A DNA stretch of 64,000 bases, taken from assembly GCA_963748215.1 (NCBI GenBank), contig CAVVHS010000003.1:1-64000 (forward strand), read 5' to 3'. This DNA comes from an uncultured Gammaproteobacteria bacterium. GTDB taxonomy: Bacteria > Pseudomonadota > Gammaproteobacteria > UBA9214. Below are positions 50,826-61,172 of this stretch, in pieces; within the stretch, counting starts at the first letter, position 1; each line of letters begins with the position of its first letter. The translations under genes were made by a program, and so were the position numbers. The notes beneath the pieces are model-generated. The model was not told where the DNA came from. It made no database searches and was given only the letters and a program-made list of their open reading frames with translations.

Positions 50826-51374
50826 ATGGAAGAGAGTCTGAAAGCCGTCGATCCGGTCTCCCTGCTGCGAGAACTCGAAGACCTGTGCCAGAACAGTGTG
50901 GTCGGTATGGAGCGGCAGGCCGAAACCACTATCGAGTGGTCCGGTATTGCCTATCGGGTCGGCAGCAATTTACTGGTATCCAAGCTTGGCGAGGTGGTCG
51001 AAATTCTTGAATTTCCCGAGCTGTCAACGATCCCGCTGACCCAGCCATGGGTGCGCGGGATCGCGAATGTTCGCGGCAATCTGCTACCGGTAATCGATCT
51101 GAATGGTTACCTGGACAGCCGTGTGACCGAATTGACAAGCCGCACCCGGGTGCTGGTCATAGATTATGACGGTTTGTATTCGGGGCTTGTCGTAGACGAG
51201 GTTCTTGGTCTAAAGCACTTCACCGATGATGAGTATTGCGAAGATGACGCGGGGATCGATACATACCTGCAGCCATACTTGCAAAACGGTTATCGCAGGG
51301 GCGATCAGATCTGGGCGATATTCAGCCTGTTCAAGCTTGCCGAGGCACCACAATTCCTGCAGACCGCCGTGTGA
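50826..51374 (+). CDS. pilI: CheW-like adaptor PilI
   Basis: PWVRGIANVRGNLLPVIDL, GLVVDEVLG. Confidence 0.9.
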   Translation: MEESLKAVDPVSLLRELEDLCQNSVVGMERQAETTIEWSGIAYRVGSNLLVSKLGEVVEILEFPELSTIPLTQPWVRGIANVRGNLLPVIDLNGYLDSRVTELTSRTRVLVIDYDGLYSGLVVDEVLGLKHFTDDEYCEDDAGIDTYLQPYLQNGYRRGDQIWAIFSLFKLAEAPQFLQTAV

Positions 51375-51445
51375 CATTGCGTGTCTGGGAACTGGAAACA
51401 CTTAAACAAATTTGCTATCTGGACTAATCGGTCAGGAGACGGACC

Positions 51446-53458
51446 ATGAAAAAGATGTTTGACATGAGAATGTTTGGCGCAAGCAGCAGGATGAAGGTGC
51501 TGACCATCCTGTTGCTGGGCGCAGTTTGGGCCATGGTCTGGACATTCGTGCAGGTCGGCAAGCAGGCGGAAAAGGACCAGATACGCCAGGCCGACGTCGG
51601 TGAGCAGCTGGTTTTGTCACAGCGACTGGCCAAGTATGCGCTGGCGGCAACCACGGGTGATACCGAGGCATTCGAGAGCATGTCGAGGTCCAAGCAGGAG
51701 TTTTCGGCAATCATAGAAAAACAGATCGCCGATTACGGCGGTAACCTTGGGGAGAGCGAAGCGCCCGAGAGTATTGCACTGACCGACCTGCATAACATCT
51801 GGAGCGGTTTCCGCTACAGTATCGATGCGGTGCTTGAAGGGCAGTTCCTGATCATGGCGATGGCAGAAGCCACCAACCTGATGAGCGAAGTCATGCCGCA
51901 GTTGATGGAACACACCCAGGATATCGCGGATACCCTGGTCAAGAGTAATGCGGGTGCGGAGCAGGTTCGCCTGGCAAGTCAGCAGGCCGTGCTCGGCCAG
52001 CGCATCGTGAACAGCCTTAACGGCGTTATGACGGGCAAGGGAACTGAATCATCGGCACTGCTGTTTGCATCGGATACCAAGGAGTTCGGCCGTGTGCTGG
52101 ACGGTTTCATGCGCGGAACGGGCGGGATTACCCAGCTCAAGGGCAATGCGCTGCAGGACAAGCTGCAGAAGATCGCGCTGCTGTTCAGTCGCATCAGCGA
52201 CAATGCCGGTTCTATTGTAGAGAACGCCGAGGAACTGGTTGCCATACAGAACGCTGCTGCTGATTTCACGAACCAGAGCGAGGCGCTGTTCAACAGCTCC
52301 TACAATCTGAAAGAAGTGCTGGAGTCATTGCAGGGTAATCGCCTGATCAACAATGAGCTGGCGTACTTCCTGGGCGCAGTCGCATTATGCATGCTCCTGT
52401 TCATGGGCTTCGAGATCCTGCGCACTCAACGTTCACGCAGTCATATGATCGAGGACGAGAATACCCACAACCAGCAGGCCATCATGCAGCTGCTTGACGA
52501 AATGGGCGACCTGGCATCCGGTGATCTGACCGTGCATACCACGGTGACCGAGGACTTTACCGGTGCCATTGCAGATTCTATCAATGTCACGATCGATTCA
52601 CTGCGTGGCCTGGTCAAAACGATCAATGTCACCTCCACGCAGCTTTCTTCATCGGTTTCGGAAACCGGAGAGATCGCCAACAAGCTGGCAGCCGCGAGCA
52701 AGCAGCAGTCGCAGGATATTACGGTGGCCAGCAAGTCCATCGCCGATATGTCGGTTTCCATGGAAACCGTATCGAATAACGCCAACGAATCCTCCAAGGT
52801 GGCGATGCGATCGGTCGAGATCGCCAAGAAGGGTGGCGATGCGGTAAAGCGGACCATGTCAGGTATGGATACGATTCGCGAGCACATCCAGGAAACGTCA
52901 AAACGAATCAAGCGTCTCGGTGAAAGTTCACAGGAGATCGGTGATATCGTGGAGCTCATTAATGACATCGCCGAACAGACCAATATTCTCGCCCTGAATG
53001 CCTCTATCCAGGCAGCAATGGCCGGCGAGGCCGGGCGCGGATTTGCGGTGGTTGCGGACGAGGTGCAGCGGCTTGCGGAACGCTCCGCGAATGCAACCAA
53101 GCAGATCGAGGCACTCGTAAAAACCATTCAGGCTGACACCAACGAGGCGGTTATCTCCATGGAGAAGAGTACCTCCGGTGTGGTTAACGGTGCGCAGATC
53201 GCCGAAGATGCCGGTGGCGCTCTTGAAGAAATCGAGAGTGTGTCCGACCAGCTGGCGGGTCTCATTAAGGAAATGTCGGGAGAGTCACGTCAGCAGGCGA
53301 ATGTCGCTGCCCAGCTGTCGACCACGATGAATGGTATTCAGGAACTGACGACACAGGCAACCGCAGGCGCCGAACAGACCTCGCGCTCTATCGGCAACCT
53401 TGCGCGTCTTGCCCAGGATCTGGACAAGTCGGTGGCCGGATTCAAGCTGCCGCAGTAG
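51446..53458 (+). CDS. pilJ: Methyl-accepting chemotaxis protein PilJ
   Basis: Two TM segments, NQQAIMQLLDEMGDLA, IAEQTNILALNASIQAAMAGEAGRGFAVVADEV. Confidence 0.93.
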   Translation: MKKMFDMRMFGASSRMKVLTILLLGAVWAMVWTFVQVGKQAEKDQIRQADVGEQLVLSQRLAKYALAATTGDTEAFESMSRSKQEFSAIIEKQIADYGGNLGESEAPESIALTDLHNIWSGFRYSIDAVLEGQFLIMAMAEATNLMSEVMPQLMEHTQDIADTLVKSNAGAEQVRLASQQAVLGQRIVNSLNGVMTGKGTESSALLFASDTKEFGRVLDGFMRGTGGITQLKGNALQDKLQKIALLFSRISDNAGSIVENAEELVAIQNAAADFTNQSEALFNSSYNLKEVLESLQGNRLINNELAYFLGAVALCMLLFMGFEILRTQRSRSHMIEDENTHNQQAIMQLLDEMGDLASGDLTVHTTVTEDFTGAIADSINVTIDSLRGLVKTINVTSTQLSSSVSETGEIANKLAAASKQQSQDITVASKSIADMSVSMETVSNNANESSKVAMRSVEIAKKGGDAVKRTMSGMDTIREHIQETSKRIKRLGESSQEIGDIVELINDIAEQTNILALNASIQAAMAGEAGRGFAVVADEVQRLAERSANATKQIEALVKTIQADTNEAVISMEKSTSGVVNGAQIAEDAGGALEEIESVSDQLAGLIKEMSGESRQQANVAAQLSTTMNGIQELTTQATAGAEQTSRSIGNLARLAQDLDKSVAGFKLPQ

Positions 53459-53558
53459 TGCGGTCGGATACAGGTACTGGATAAATCACGGTATCCGTAA
53501 CGATGCAGCTGGAATGCAGCAGTCGGCGGGTATTGATTGTGGCTTGCAAGGAACAATT

Positions 53559-56500
53559 ATGCGTGAAGCAATAGACTACAACGCTCTGAGCTGGATACGC
53601 CAGGAGGTGGGGATAACCCTCAAGCAGTCGCGCCTGGAACTCGAGGAATATGCCGAGGGTGAACAGCGCAAGGAGCTGCTGCAGGGCTGTGCGGCGCACC
53701 TGCACGAAGCACGTGGTCCACTGCAGATGGTCAACATCAAGGGCGCGGATATGCTGGCCTGCGAAATGGAGGAGGCTATTGCCGACCTGTTGCTGGAAAC
53801 GGTGGTCGACAAGGAGACGCTGCTCGAACAACTGATGCAGGGATTCCTGGAGCTGCCAGAGTACCTATCCAATTTGCGTTCCGGCAGGAAGGATAACCCG
53901 AGACAGCTGTTCCCGCTGATCAACAGCCTGCGTGCCAGCCGTGGCCTGCAGCCACTGAATGAAGACGCGGTATTTGCCCCCGACCTTTCAGCCTCCATGC
54001 CGGCACCGGAATTCAGCGAGCGTGCAAAGCGCGGTCAGCGTGACATGACAACGCTGGCCCGTGCGGCGCGTGTCCGTTTTCAGAGCGGCCTGCTGGAATG
54101 GTACCGGGACAGCGGCACGAACCATGGGTTGCAAACGCTGGTTGATGTTCTGGAGCATTTGCAAGGAACAGCCGGTAGCGAGCACGCCGCCCGTATATGG
54201 TGGGTGGGTGCCGGCGTTGCCGAACTACTGCGTGATGGCGCTATAGAAACAAACCCGACCGTAAAACGGCTGTTTGGTCAGCTTGACAGACAGATCAAGC
54301 GTCTGATGGATTCCGGTGAGGCAGTATTTGACGACGTCCTCAGCGAGGATCTGCTCAAGAACCTGCTGTTTCAACTGACTGGATTCGATACCGATTCCCC
54401 GCGGATCACGTCAATCCGGTCTACCTATGGAATTACCGCGCACAATACTGTCACCACTGATGCCACTGCAGATGCAAATGACCTCGGCGATGAATTGCTG
54501 CAGACAGTATCCCTGACCGCGCGTGACGAAGTGGAACGTATCAAGGATCTGCTCGATAGCATGAACCGAAAATCAGAGGGTGGCATGGCCGCGCTCGTGA
54601 CGGTCGCCGATGGACTGCATTCGCTGGGCAATACCCTCGGCATGATTGGAATGGAAAAACTGGGTGCACGACTTGCGGAGAAAGAGGTGCAGTTGCGTGA
54701 ACTTGCCGCTGCAGATGCCGGTCACGGCGACATGGAGTTCAATGAACTCGCCAACACGCTGGTTGCCGTCGAGGATGCCCTCAGTGACATTGCCGCGCAT
54801 TCGGGCAACGGTGATGTCAATGCAGACCACGGCAATGCTGTCCTCAGGCAGGGCCAGCAGGCTGTAGTCAATGCAGTCATCGCGGATATTGCCGCTGCCA
54901 AGGAAGCCATTAACGACTTCCTGAACTCCTCGGACGATTTCGGATTGCTGGACCCGGTGCCTGTACTGCTGAACAAGATATGCGGCGGTCTCGAGCTGGT
55001 AGACGAGGAGCGTCTCGCGGTCGCCTCACGCCAGGTCAGGAATTTCATTGCCATGGAATTGCTGAAAAACCATCGCCAGCTGAACGAAGACGAGCTCGAC
55101 AGCCTGGCTGATGCAATTTGCAGTATAGAGTACTGTGTGGAAGAACTGGGCGAGAACCACAGGTACGGTGAGCGTGCAATCGGTGTGGCCGTCGCAAGCC
55201 TCGAAAAACTGGGTTATGCCGACGCGGGTCTGCACGTTTCCGGACTGAATGCTGCGCCTGTCGCGGAGCCGGCCAGCGGTGAATTGGCTGCGACTGTCCC
55301 TCAGGCAGCCGTGGAGCCGGAACATCATGCGGAACCGGTCATTGCAGAAGTGCAGCTGCCAGAGCTGCCATCGGGCCAGACCCTGGCAGGTGAAATACAC
55401 GAAACCGGGGAATCGCAAATGGCTGTGCCGCGTGTTGCGGCCGAGCCCGAGCAGGCCAGTACCGGGCCGACAGCGATGGACAGCGAGGCTGTTGCGGAAC
55501 CGGTCGCGGCAGAAGTGCAGCAGGTCGCGACGCCATCGGACCAGGCCGCGGTTGATGAAACACCCGCTAAAGCGGAACTGCAGGTCATCTCACCGGATGC
55601 GGATAGCGAGATTGTCGAGATCTTTATAGAAGAGGCGGGTGAAGTGCTGGACGGGCTCGCCGTCGATATACCCGCCTGGATCGCGGACCCGGATGACCGG
55701 GAGGTGCTGGCCGAAATCCGCCGTGCCTTCCATACCATCAAGGGCAGTGGCCGGATGGTGGGTGCCATGGCGGCAGGTGAATTGGCCTGGGCATTCGAAA
55801 ATCTGGTCAACAGGGTAATCGAGAATACAGTGCCGGCCTGTCCCGCGGTGCTTGAACTGGTTGGTCAGGCGATGCCGGCACTGAGGGATCTGGTGGCGCA
55901 GGTCAGCAACCCGGATACCATCCTGTTAACCGACGTCAGCGTCCTTGGTAGCCGGGCAGTGCACCTCAGCAAGCCTGGCGCACACTACGACGAGCCTGGA
56001 CACCTGGCCGAGGCAGTTGTGGATCAGCGTGTGCATGATGCTGATACCGGCACTCCGGACGCGGCGATTATGTCTGTGCAGGGCCATGCCGGCGACGGGG
56101 TATCTGTTGATCTGGCAGGGATGATTGCAGAACCGGAAAGCCCGGATGCTGCTGCGCAGGAACAGGAGCCTGCTGCGATATCAGTTATTGAACTGACAGA
56201 TGTCGATGACGCAGTCCGCCTGGCGGGTGAAGAAACACTGCTTGATGAAGAGGAAATGCACGAGGCTGTCGGGCCGGTTGTACATGATGTTTCCGTGCAT
56301 GCGGGTGAAGACGCAGCTACTGCTGGCAGTCACGCAGATCTGCCTGTACTAAAGCAGGACGCAGACCCGGAAATAGTCGAGATATTCCTCGAAGAAGCAA
56401 GCGGGGTACTTGCGTCGATTTCACTGAATATCCCGGAATGGATTCAGCAACCGGAAAATACCGAGCTGCTGGAGGAAATCCGGCGCAGTCTGCATACCCT

Positions 56501-59500
56501 CAAGGGTAGTGGCCGCATGGCAGGCGCAATGCTTATGGGTGAATTTGCCTGGTCGATCGAGGCGTTGCTCAACAAGCTTGTCGAAGGTACCGTCAGATCC
56601 GGTGGTTCGCTGTTTGCCCTGCTTTCACAGGTGCCGCAGGCGGCATCCGGCCTGTTGCGCCAGTTGCAGGACGGCGGCGAGCCGGATATGGATATCGTCG
56701 GCATGATGCAGAAGGCCGCCGACCTGGCGAGTGCGAGTCCAGCCGCATTCAGTGACCATGCTGCGGAAGTCGAGCGCGATGCAGAGGTCATGGCTGATGA
56801 TGAAATGTCGACGTCCGAGGACGATGACGTCGTGTTGATGGAGCTGTTTTCCACCGAGTGCGGCGAGCATCTTGACACGCTTGCAGCAAGCAACCCCAAT
56901 ACAGGCGAGCCCGGCATGGTTTCCGATGCACTCTATCGGGCATTGCATACCCTGACTGGTATCAGCGAGTCCGCCGATGTCCCTGGCATTGGTCGACTTG
57001 CGGCGGCGCTTTACGATTATTTCGGTGAGCTTTACCAGGAAGGCAGGCCGGCCGCGCCGGAAGCCTTTGCCCTGCTGAATGACTGTGTGCGCGAGATGTC
57101 CTCGCAGCTGCAGCGTCTTCCGGATCGAAATTATGATGAGGACATGGTGCTTGAGCTGCGTGGACTAATTGCCGCACTGCCTGCTGCCATCGTGGATGTG
57201 CAAGAGGATGTGCCCCGGACTGCGGAAGAGAGTGCTGCCCCGGAAGCCATAACTGACGATGGCGAAGCCACCTTCGACGAGATACCCGAACTCCCTGCAG
57301 CCGCCATGCCTGCGTATGATGTACAGGCAGCCGGATCTCCCGGGACCGAGGGGCAGGATGTCATCGAACAGGGTCAAGCCAATCAGTCCGTGAATGAGGA
57401 ATTTGCCGGCCCTTCGACACCCGAATCCGGGGTCGATGCACCCGTCCAGGGCGAAGGGGATGTCTATTCCGGCATGGATCAGGAAATGTACGAGATCTTT
57501 GTCGAGGAAGCCACGGAGATTATCGACAACAGCGAGACCTCGTTGCGTAACTGGTCAGAGTCGCCGGATGACCGTGAGCTGATGGCGGAATTCCAGCGCC
57601 TGTTGCACACCCTGAAGGGTGGTGCCCGGATGGTTGATGTGCAGGCCATCGGTGACCTGAGTCATGCACTCGAGTCATTGCTGACCCAGGTGGTAGACGG
57701 CGCGGTGGCCGCAAACGATGACCTGTTTTCCCTGTTGCAGGAATCACATGACCGGCTTGCTGAAATGCTGGAGAAGGTCAAGTCGCGCGCAGTAATTGAA
57801 GCCGCGACCGATCTTGAAGCTCGACTTGCCGGGTTCAGGCGTGGTGAGACCGGTGCGGCTGCAACGGAGGATCATTCTCCGGAGCAGGTGGCCGATGCGG
57901 TCCCGGCAGGTGCTGACACGGAATATTCGACGCCGGAAGCTGCCGACAATTCCCGGCATACTGCAGAACACGGCGAGGATGATGAAAACGAGCCGGCAGT
58001 TACGGATATCATGCCGCATTCCGGATTTGATGCCGTGGCGAGTGATACCGGCCTGATGGTGCAGGCCCTGGCCGCGCATCCGCAGACAGTAGAACGGCGC
58101 AAGGAAGGACGTTCACGCAGCGAACTGGTCAGGGTGCAGTCCGATGTGCTTGACAACCTGGTCAACAATGCCGGCGAAATCAATATCTATCGCTCACGCA
58201 TGGAACAGCAGATCAGCAATTTCAGCTTCAACCTGACCGAGTTCGACCAGACGATCAGCCGACTGCGTGACCAGCTGCGCCAGCTTGAAATGGAAACCGA
58301 GGCGCAAATCCTGTTCCGTTATGAACTGGAAGCGGAGAGCCGTAACCAGGATTTCGATCCCCTGGAAATGGATCGCTATTCAAAGCTTCAGCAACTGTCG
58401 CGCTCCCTGATCGAGAGTATCAGTGATCTGCGCAGCCTGCATGACCTCATGGACGTCACGACCCGTGAATCGGAGACACTGTTACTGCAGCAGTCGCGCG
58501 TCAGCACGGACCTGCAGGAGGGGTTGATTCGTACGCGCATGATTCCGTTTGCGGGACTGGCGCCGCGTCTGCGCAGGATCGTACGTCAGTCTGCCCGCCA
58601 GCTGGACAAGAAGGTCGACTTGCATCTGCGTGGAGCGGAAGGCGAGATGGACAGGGCAGTTATAGAGAGAATCGTGGCGCCGCTGGAGCATATGCTGCGG
58701 AATGCCGTGGCGCACGGCATCGAGACGCCGGAGCAGCGGAAGAATGCAGGAAAACGTGTTGCCGGAACCATCACGATCGATTTCAATCGTGAAGGGACCG
58801 AGATCGTACTGCGCATCAGCGATGATGGTGCCGGCCTCGATATAGATGCTATCCGTACCCGTGCGATAGAGCGTGGCCTCATGAGCGTGGACATGGATCT
58901 GCCTGATTCCGATGTCATGCAGTTCGTGCTGCAGACCGGCTTCAGTACGGCCAGTGAAGTGACGCAGATCTCCGGCCGCGGGGTCGGGATGGACGTGGTG
59001 AACAGCGAGGTCAAGCAGCTGGGCGGTTCACTGCATATCGATTCGCAAAGCGGCGAGGGCTCGGTATTTACCATACGCTTGCCTTATACCCTGGCCATCA
59101 ACCAGGCGCTGCTGATCACGATTGGCGAGCAGGTCTTCTGCGTACCCATGGGCAGCATCGAGGGTGTCGTTACGGCAAGTACCGAACAACTGCAGTCATG
59201 CTACGAAGACTCCACCCAGGAGTTCGGTTACGCCGGACATAACTACCAGTTGATGCACCTGGGGTCCCTGCTTGGCATTAGTCGCATGGATCTGGAGAAT
59301 GCCGGCACCCAGATTCCGGTGCTACTGGTACGCACCGGTGAAAAGCGGATCGGTATGCAGATCGACTCATTGCTGGGTAGCCGTGAGGTTGTCATCAAAC
59401 CGCTGGGCGCACAGTTGAGCCTGGTCGATGGTGTCTCAGGTGCAACAATTCTCGGTGATGGCCGCGTTGTCATGATACTCGATATGTTTGCAATATCGCG

Positions 59501-59942
59501 CATGAAAGTACGAGATCAGTCGCAGATGCGACCGGTCGGTTCGCTGGAAGACGGTCGTCTGCTGGTGATGGTCGTCGATGATTCGATCACCGTCCGCAAG
59601 GTGACAACCCGACTCCTGGAGCGGAGTGGATACAGGGTCATGACTGCGAAGGACGGCGTCGATGCAATGGGGCAGTTGCAGGAAGTCGTGCCGGATATGA
59701 TGCTGCTCGATATCGAAATGCCGCGCATGGACGGTTTCGAGCTGGCGACCCATATGCGCAATGACGAGCGACTGAAGCATGTGCCGATTATCATGATCAC
59801 ATCGCGCACTGGCGACAAGCATCGCGAGCGGGCTTTTGAGATCGGTGTAAACGAATACCTCGGCAAGCCTTATCAGGAATCCGAATTACTTACGTCAATC
59901 AACAACATTATCGGCGTCAATACGGTCGCGGTGCGGGCGTAG
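53559..59942 (+). CDS. chpA: CheA-like hybrid histidine kinase ChpA (multiple Hpt, kinase, CheW, receiver)
   Basis: Hpt motifs HTIKGSGRM, HTLKGSGRM, HTLTG and HTLKGGARM; HMLRNAVAHGIE, GRGVGMDVV; C-terminal VDDSITVR receiver. Confidence 0.93.
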   Translation: MREAIDYNALSWIRQEVGITLKQSRLELEEYAEGEQRKELLQGCAAHLHEARGPLQMVNIKGADMLACEMEEAIADLLLETVVDKETLLEQLMQGFLELPEYLSNLRSGRKDNPRQLFPLINSLRASRGLQPLNEDAVFAPDLSASMPAPEFSERAKRGQRDMTTLARAARVRFQSGLLEWYRDSGTNHGLQTLVDVLEHLQGTAGSEHAARIWWVGAGVAELLRDGAIETNPTVKRLFGQLDRQIKRLMDSGEAVFDDVLSEDLLKNLLFQLTGFDTDSPRITSIRSTYGITAHNTVTTDATADANDLGDELLQTVSLTARDEVERIKDLLDSMNRKSEGGMAALVTVADGLHSLGNTLGMIGMEKLGARLAEKEVQLRELAAADAGHGDMEFNELANTLVAVEDALSDIAAHSGNGDVNADHGNAVLRQGQQAVVNAVIADIAAAKEAINDFLNSSDDFGLLDPVPVLLNKICGGLELVDEERLAVASRQVRNFIAMELLKNHRQLNEDELDSLADAICSIEYCVEELGENHRYGERAIGVAVASLEKLGYADAGLHVSGLNAAPVAEPASGELAATVPQAAVEPEHHAEPVIAEVQLPELPSGQTLAGEIHETGESQMAVPRVAAEPEQASTGPTAMDSEAVAEPVAAEVQQVATPSDQAAVDETPAKAELQVISPDADSEIVEIFIEEAGEVLDGLAVDIPAWIADPDDREVLAEIRRAFHTIKGSGRMVGAMAAGELAWAFENLVNRVIENTVPACPAVLELVGQAMPALRDLVAQVSNPDTILLTDVSVLGSRAVHLSKPGAHYDEPGHLAEAVVDQRVHDADTGTPDAAIMSVQGHAGDGVSVDLAGMIAEPESPDAAAQEQEPAAISVIELTDVDDAVRLAGEETLLDEEEMHEAVGPVVHDVSVHAGEDAATAGSHADLPVLKQDADPEIVEIFLEEASGVLASISLNIPEWIQQPENTELLEEIRRSLHTLKGSGRMAGAMLMGEFAWSIEALLNKLVEGTVRSGGSLFALLSQVPQAASGLLRQLQDGGEPDMDIVGMMQKAADLASASPAAFSDHAAEVERDAEVMADDEMSTSEDDDVVLMELFSTECGEHLDTLAASNPNTGEPGMVSDALYRALHTLTGISESADVPGIGRLAAALYDYFGELYQEGRPAAPEAFALLNDCVREMSSQLQRLPDRNYDEDMVLELRGLIAALPAAIVDVQEDVPRTAEESAAPEAITDDGEATFDEIPELPAAAMPAYDVQAAGSPGTEGQDVIEQGQANQSVNEEFAGPSTPESGVDAPVQGEGDVYSGMDQEMYEIFVEEATEIIDNSETSLRNWSESPDDRELMAEFQRLLHTLKGGARMVDVQAIGDLSHALESLLTQVVDGAVAANDDLFSLLQESHDRLAEMLEKVKSRAVIEAATDLEARLAGFRRGETGAAATEDHSPEQVADAVPAGADTEYSTPEAADNSRHTAEHGEDDENEPAVTDIMPHSGFDAVASDTGLMVQALAAHPQTVERRKEGRSRSELVRVQSDVLDNLVNNAGEINIYRSRMEQQISNFSFNLTEFDQTISRLRDQLRQLEMETEAQILFRYELEAESRNQDFDPLEMDRYSKLQQLSRSLIESISDLRSLHDLMDVTTRESETLLLQQSRVSTDLQEGLIRTRMIPFAGLAPRLRRIVRQSARQLDKKVDLHLRGAEGEMDRAVIERIVAPLEHMLRNAVAHGIETPEQRKNAGKRVAGTITIDFNREGTEIVLRISDDGAGLDIDAIRTRAIERGLMSVDMDLPDSDVMQFVLQTGFSTASEVTQISGRGVGMDVVNSEVKQLGGSLHIDSQSGEGSVFTIRLPYTLAINQALLITIGEQVFCVPMGSIEGVVTASTEQLQSCYEDSTQEFGYAGHNYQLMHLGSLLGISRMDLENAGTQIPVLLVRTGEKRIGMQIDSLLGSREVVIKPLGAQLSLVDGVSGATILGDGRVVMILDMFAISRMKVRDQSQMRPVGSLEDGRLLVMVVDDSITVRKVTTRLLERSGYRVMTAKDGVDAMGQLQEVVPDMMLLDIEMPRMDGFELATHMRNDERLKHVPIIMITSRTGDKHRERAFEIGVNEYLGKPYQESELLTSINNIIGVNTVAVRA

Positions 59943-59969
59943 CAGCGTCACAGACAGCAGGAATTATCG

Positions 59970-60434
59970 ATGGAAGGATCACAGGACAAGATACGCAGCC
60001 TCTGGGTCCCGTTGCGGAAGCTGAATCTGTTGTTGCCGAATGTGGCAGTCGCTGAAATCGGCAGCTATCGAACCCCCAAAGCGACACCGGATATGCCCGA
60101 ATGGTACCTGGGTACTGTCCGGTGGCAGGATCAGGACATCCCGGTGATGTCCCTGGAGTCTCTGGTCGGTATCAATGTGCCATCAAATCCCGTGTTTTCC
60201 AGGTTGATGATACTGAACTCGGTGCATCCGGACAGCGCGGTGCGGAATTATGCAATTATCACTGCTGGTCTGCCTGGACTGATACATTTCGCGAATGACA
60301 CCGCCAGTGAATTTCATCCACTCGATGAGCCGGGGCTGAGATGCATTGTGCGTATAGGCAACGAAGAAGCGGTAATACCCGACCTGGAATACCTGCAATC
60401 GCTGCTCGAGGAGCAGGTCGCCAGGGCCGCCTGA
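59970..60434 (+). CDS. chpC: CheW-like ChpC
   Basis: LLLPNVAVAEI, WYLGTVRW, IPDLE; follows chpA. Confidence 0.8.
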   Translation: MEGSQDKIRSLWVPLRKLNLLLPNVAVAEIGSYRTPKATPDMPEWYLGTVRWQDQDIPVMSLESLVGINVPSNPVFSRLMILNSVHPDSAVRNYAIITAGLPGLIHFANDTASEFHPLDEPGLRCIVRIGNEEAVIPDLEYLQSLLEEQVARAA

Positions 60435-61169
60435 TTATCTGAAGTCTCCCCATAGCGTCTGCAGTCCTGCGATGGCGGACAGTGCCGCTGTTTCGGTGCG
60501 CAGGATGCGCGGTCCAAGCCTTATTCCCGTGAAACCAAGCGAACCGGCGAGCGACTGCTCGTCCGGGTTCAATCCACCCTCGGGGCCGGCGAGCAATATG
60601 ATCCCGCCTGCTGGCCTGGTTAGCGAATGCAGTGTTTCACTGCCGTCAGGCTGCAGCAGCAGTTTCAGGGGGGCAGGTGACAGGGTTTCGAGCCATTCCG
60701 GCAGGCCCGACGGCTGCAGCAATTGCGGCAGGGTATTGCGTCCGCACTGTTCGCATGCGCCGATGATTACACCCTGCCAGTGTTGCAGGCGTTTCTCCAG
60801 GCGCTCGCCCTTCAGATGAGTCTGGCTCCGCTGCAGCCAGAGCGGCTGTATGGTGCGAACGCCTAACTCGACGGCTTTCTGCAATATCAGATCCATGCGG
60901 TCATGGCGTGCGATGCCCTGTGCGAGGATGATATGCAACGCGGACTCGCGGTCACCCGGAATGTCTGCGCCGATTTGCAGCGTAATTCTCCCGCGACCGA
61001 TATCTGCGAGAACAGCGTGATGTTCGTTTCCCGCTCCATCGAATACCCGGATTGCTGCTCCCCTGCGCATGCGCAGGACATGTGTAACATGATGCGCCGG
61101 CTGACCCTCGACGGTGATATTGCCGCCTGCTGTCAGCTGCTGAAGAACGAGCAGACGCGGAACGCTCAT
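60435..61169 (-). CDS. rsmE: 16S rRNA m3U1498 methyltransferase
   Basis: HVLRMR, QKAVELGV, ACEQCGR, GPEGG, LGPRILRTETA. Confidence 0.95.
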   Translation of the reverse strand: MSVPRLLVLQQLTAGGNITVEGQPAHHVTHVLRMRRGAAIRVFDGAGNEHHAVLADIGRGRITLQIGADIPGDRESALHIILAQGIARHDRMDLILQKAVELGVRTIQPLWLQRSQTHLKGERLEKRLQHWQGVIIGACEQCGRNTLPQLLQPSGLPEWLETLSPAPLKLLLQPDGSETLHSLTRPAGGIILLAGPEGGLNPDEQSLAGSLGFTGIRLGPRILRTETAALSAIAGLQTLWGDFR

Positions 61170-61172
61170 GAT

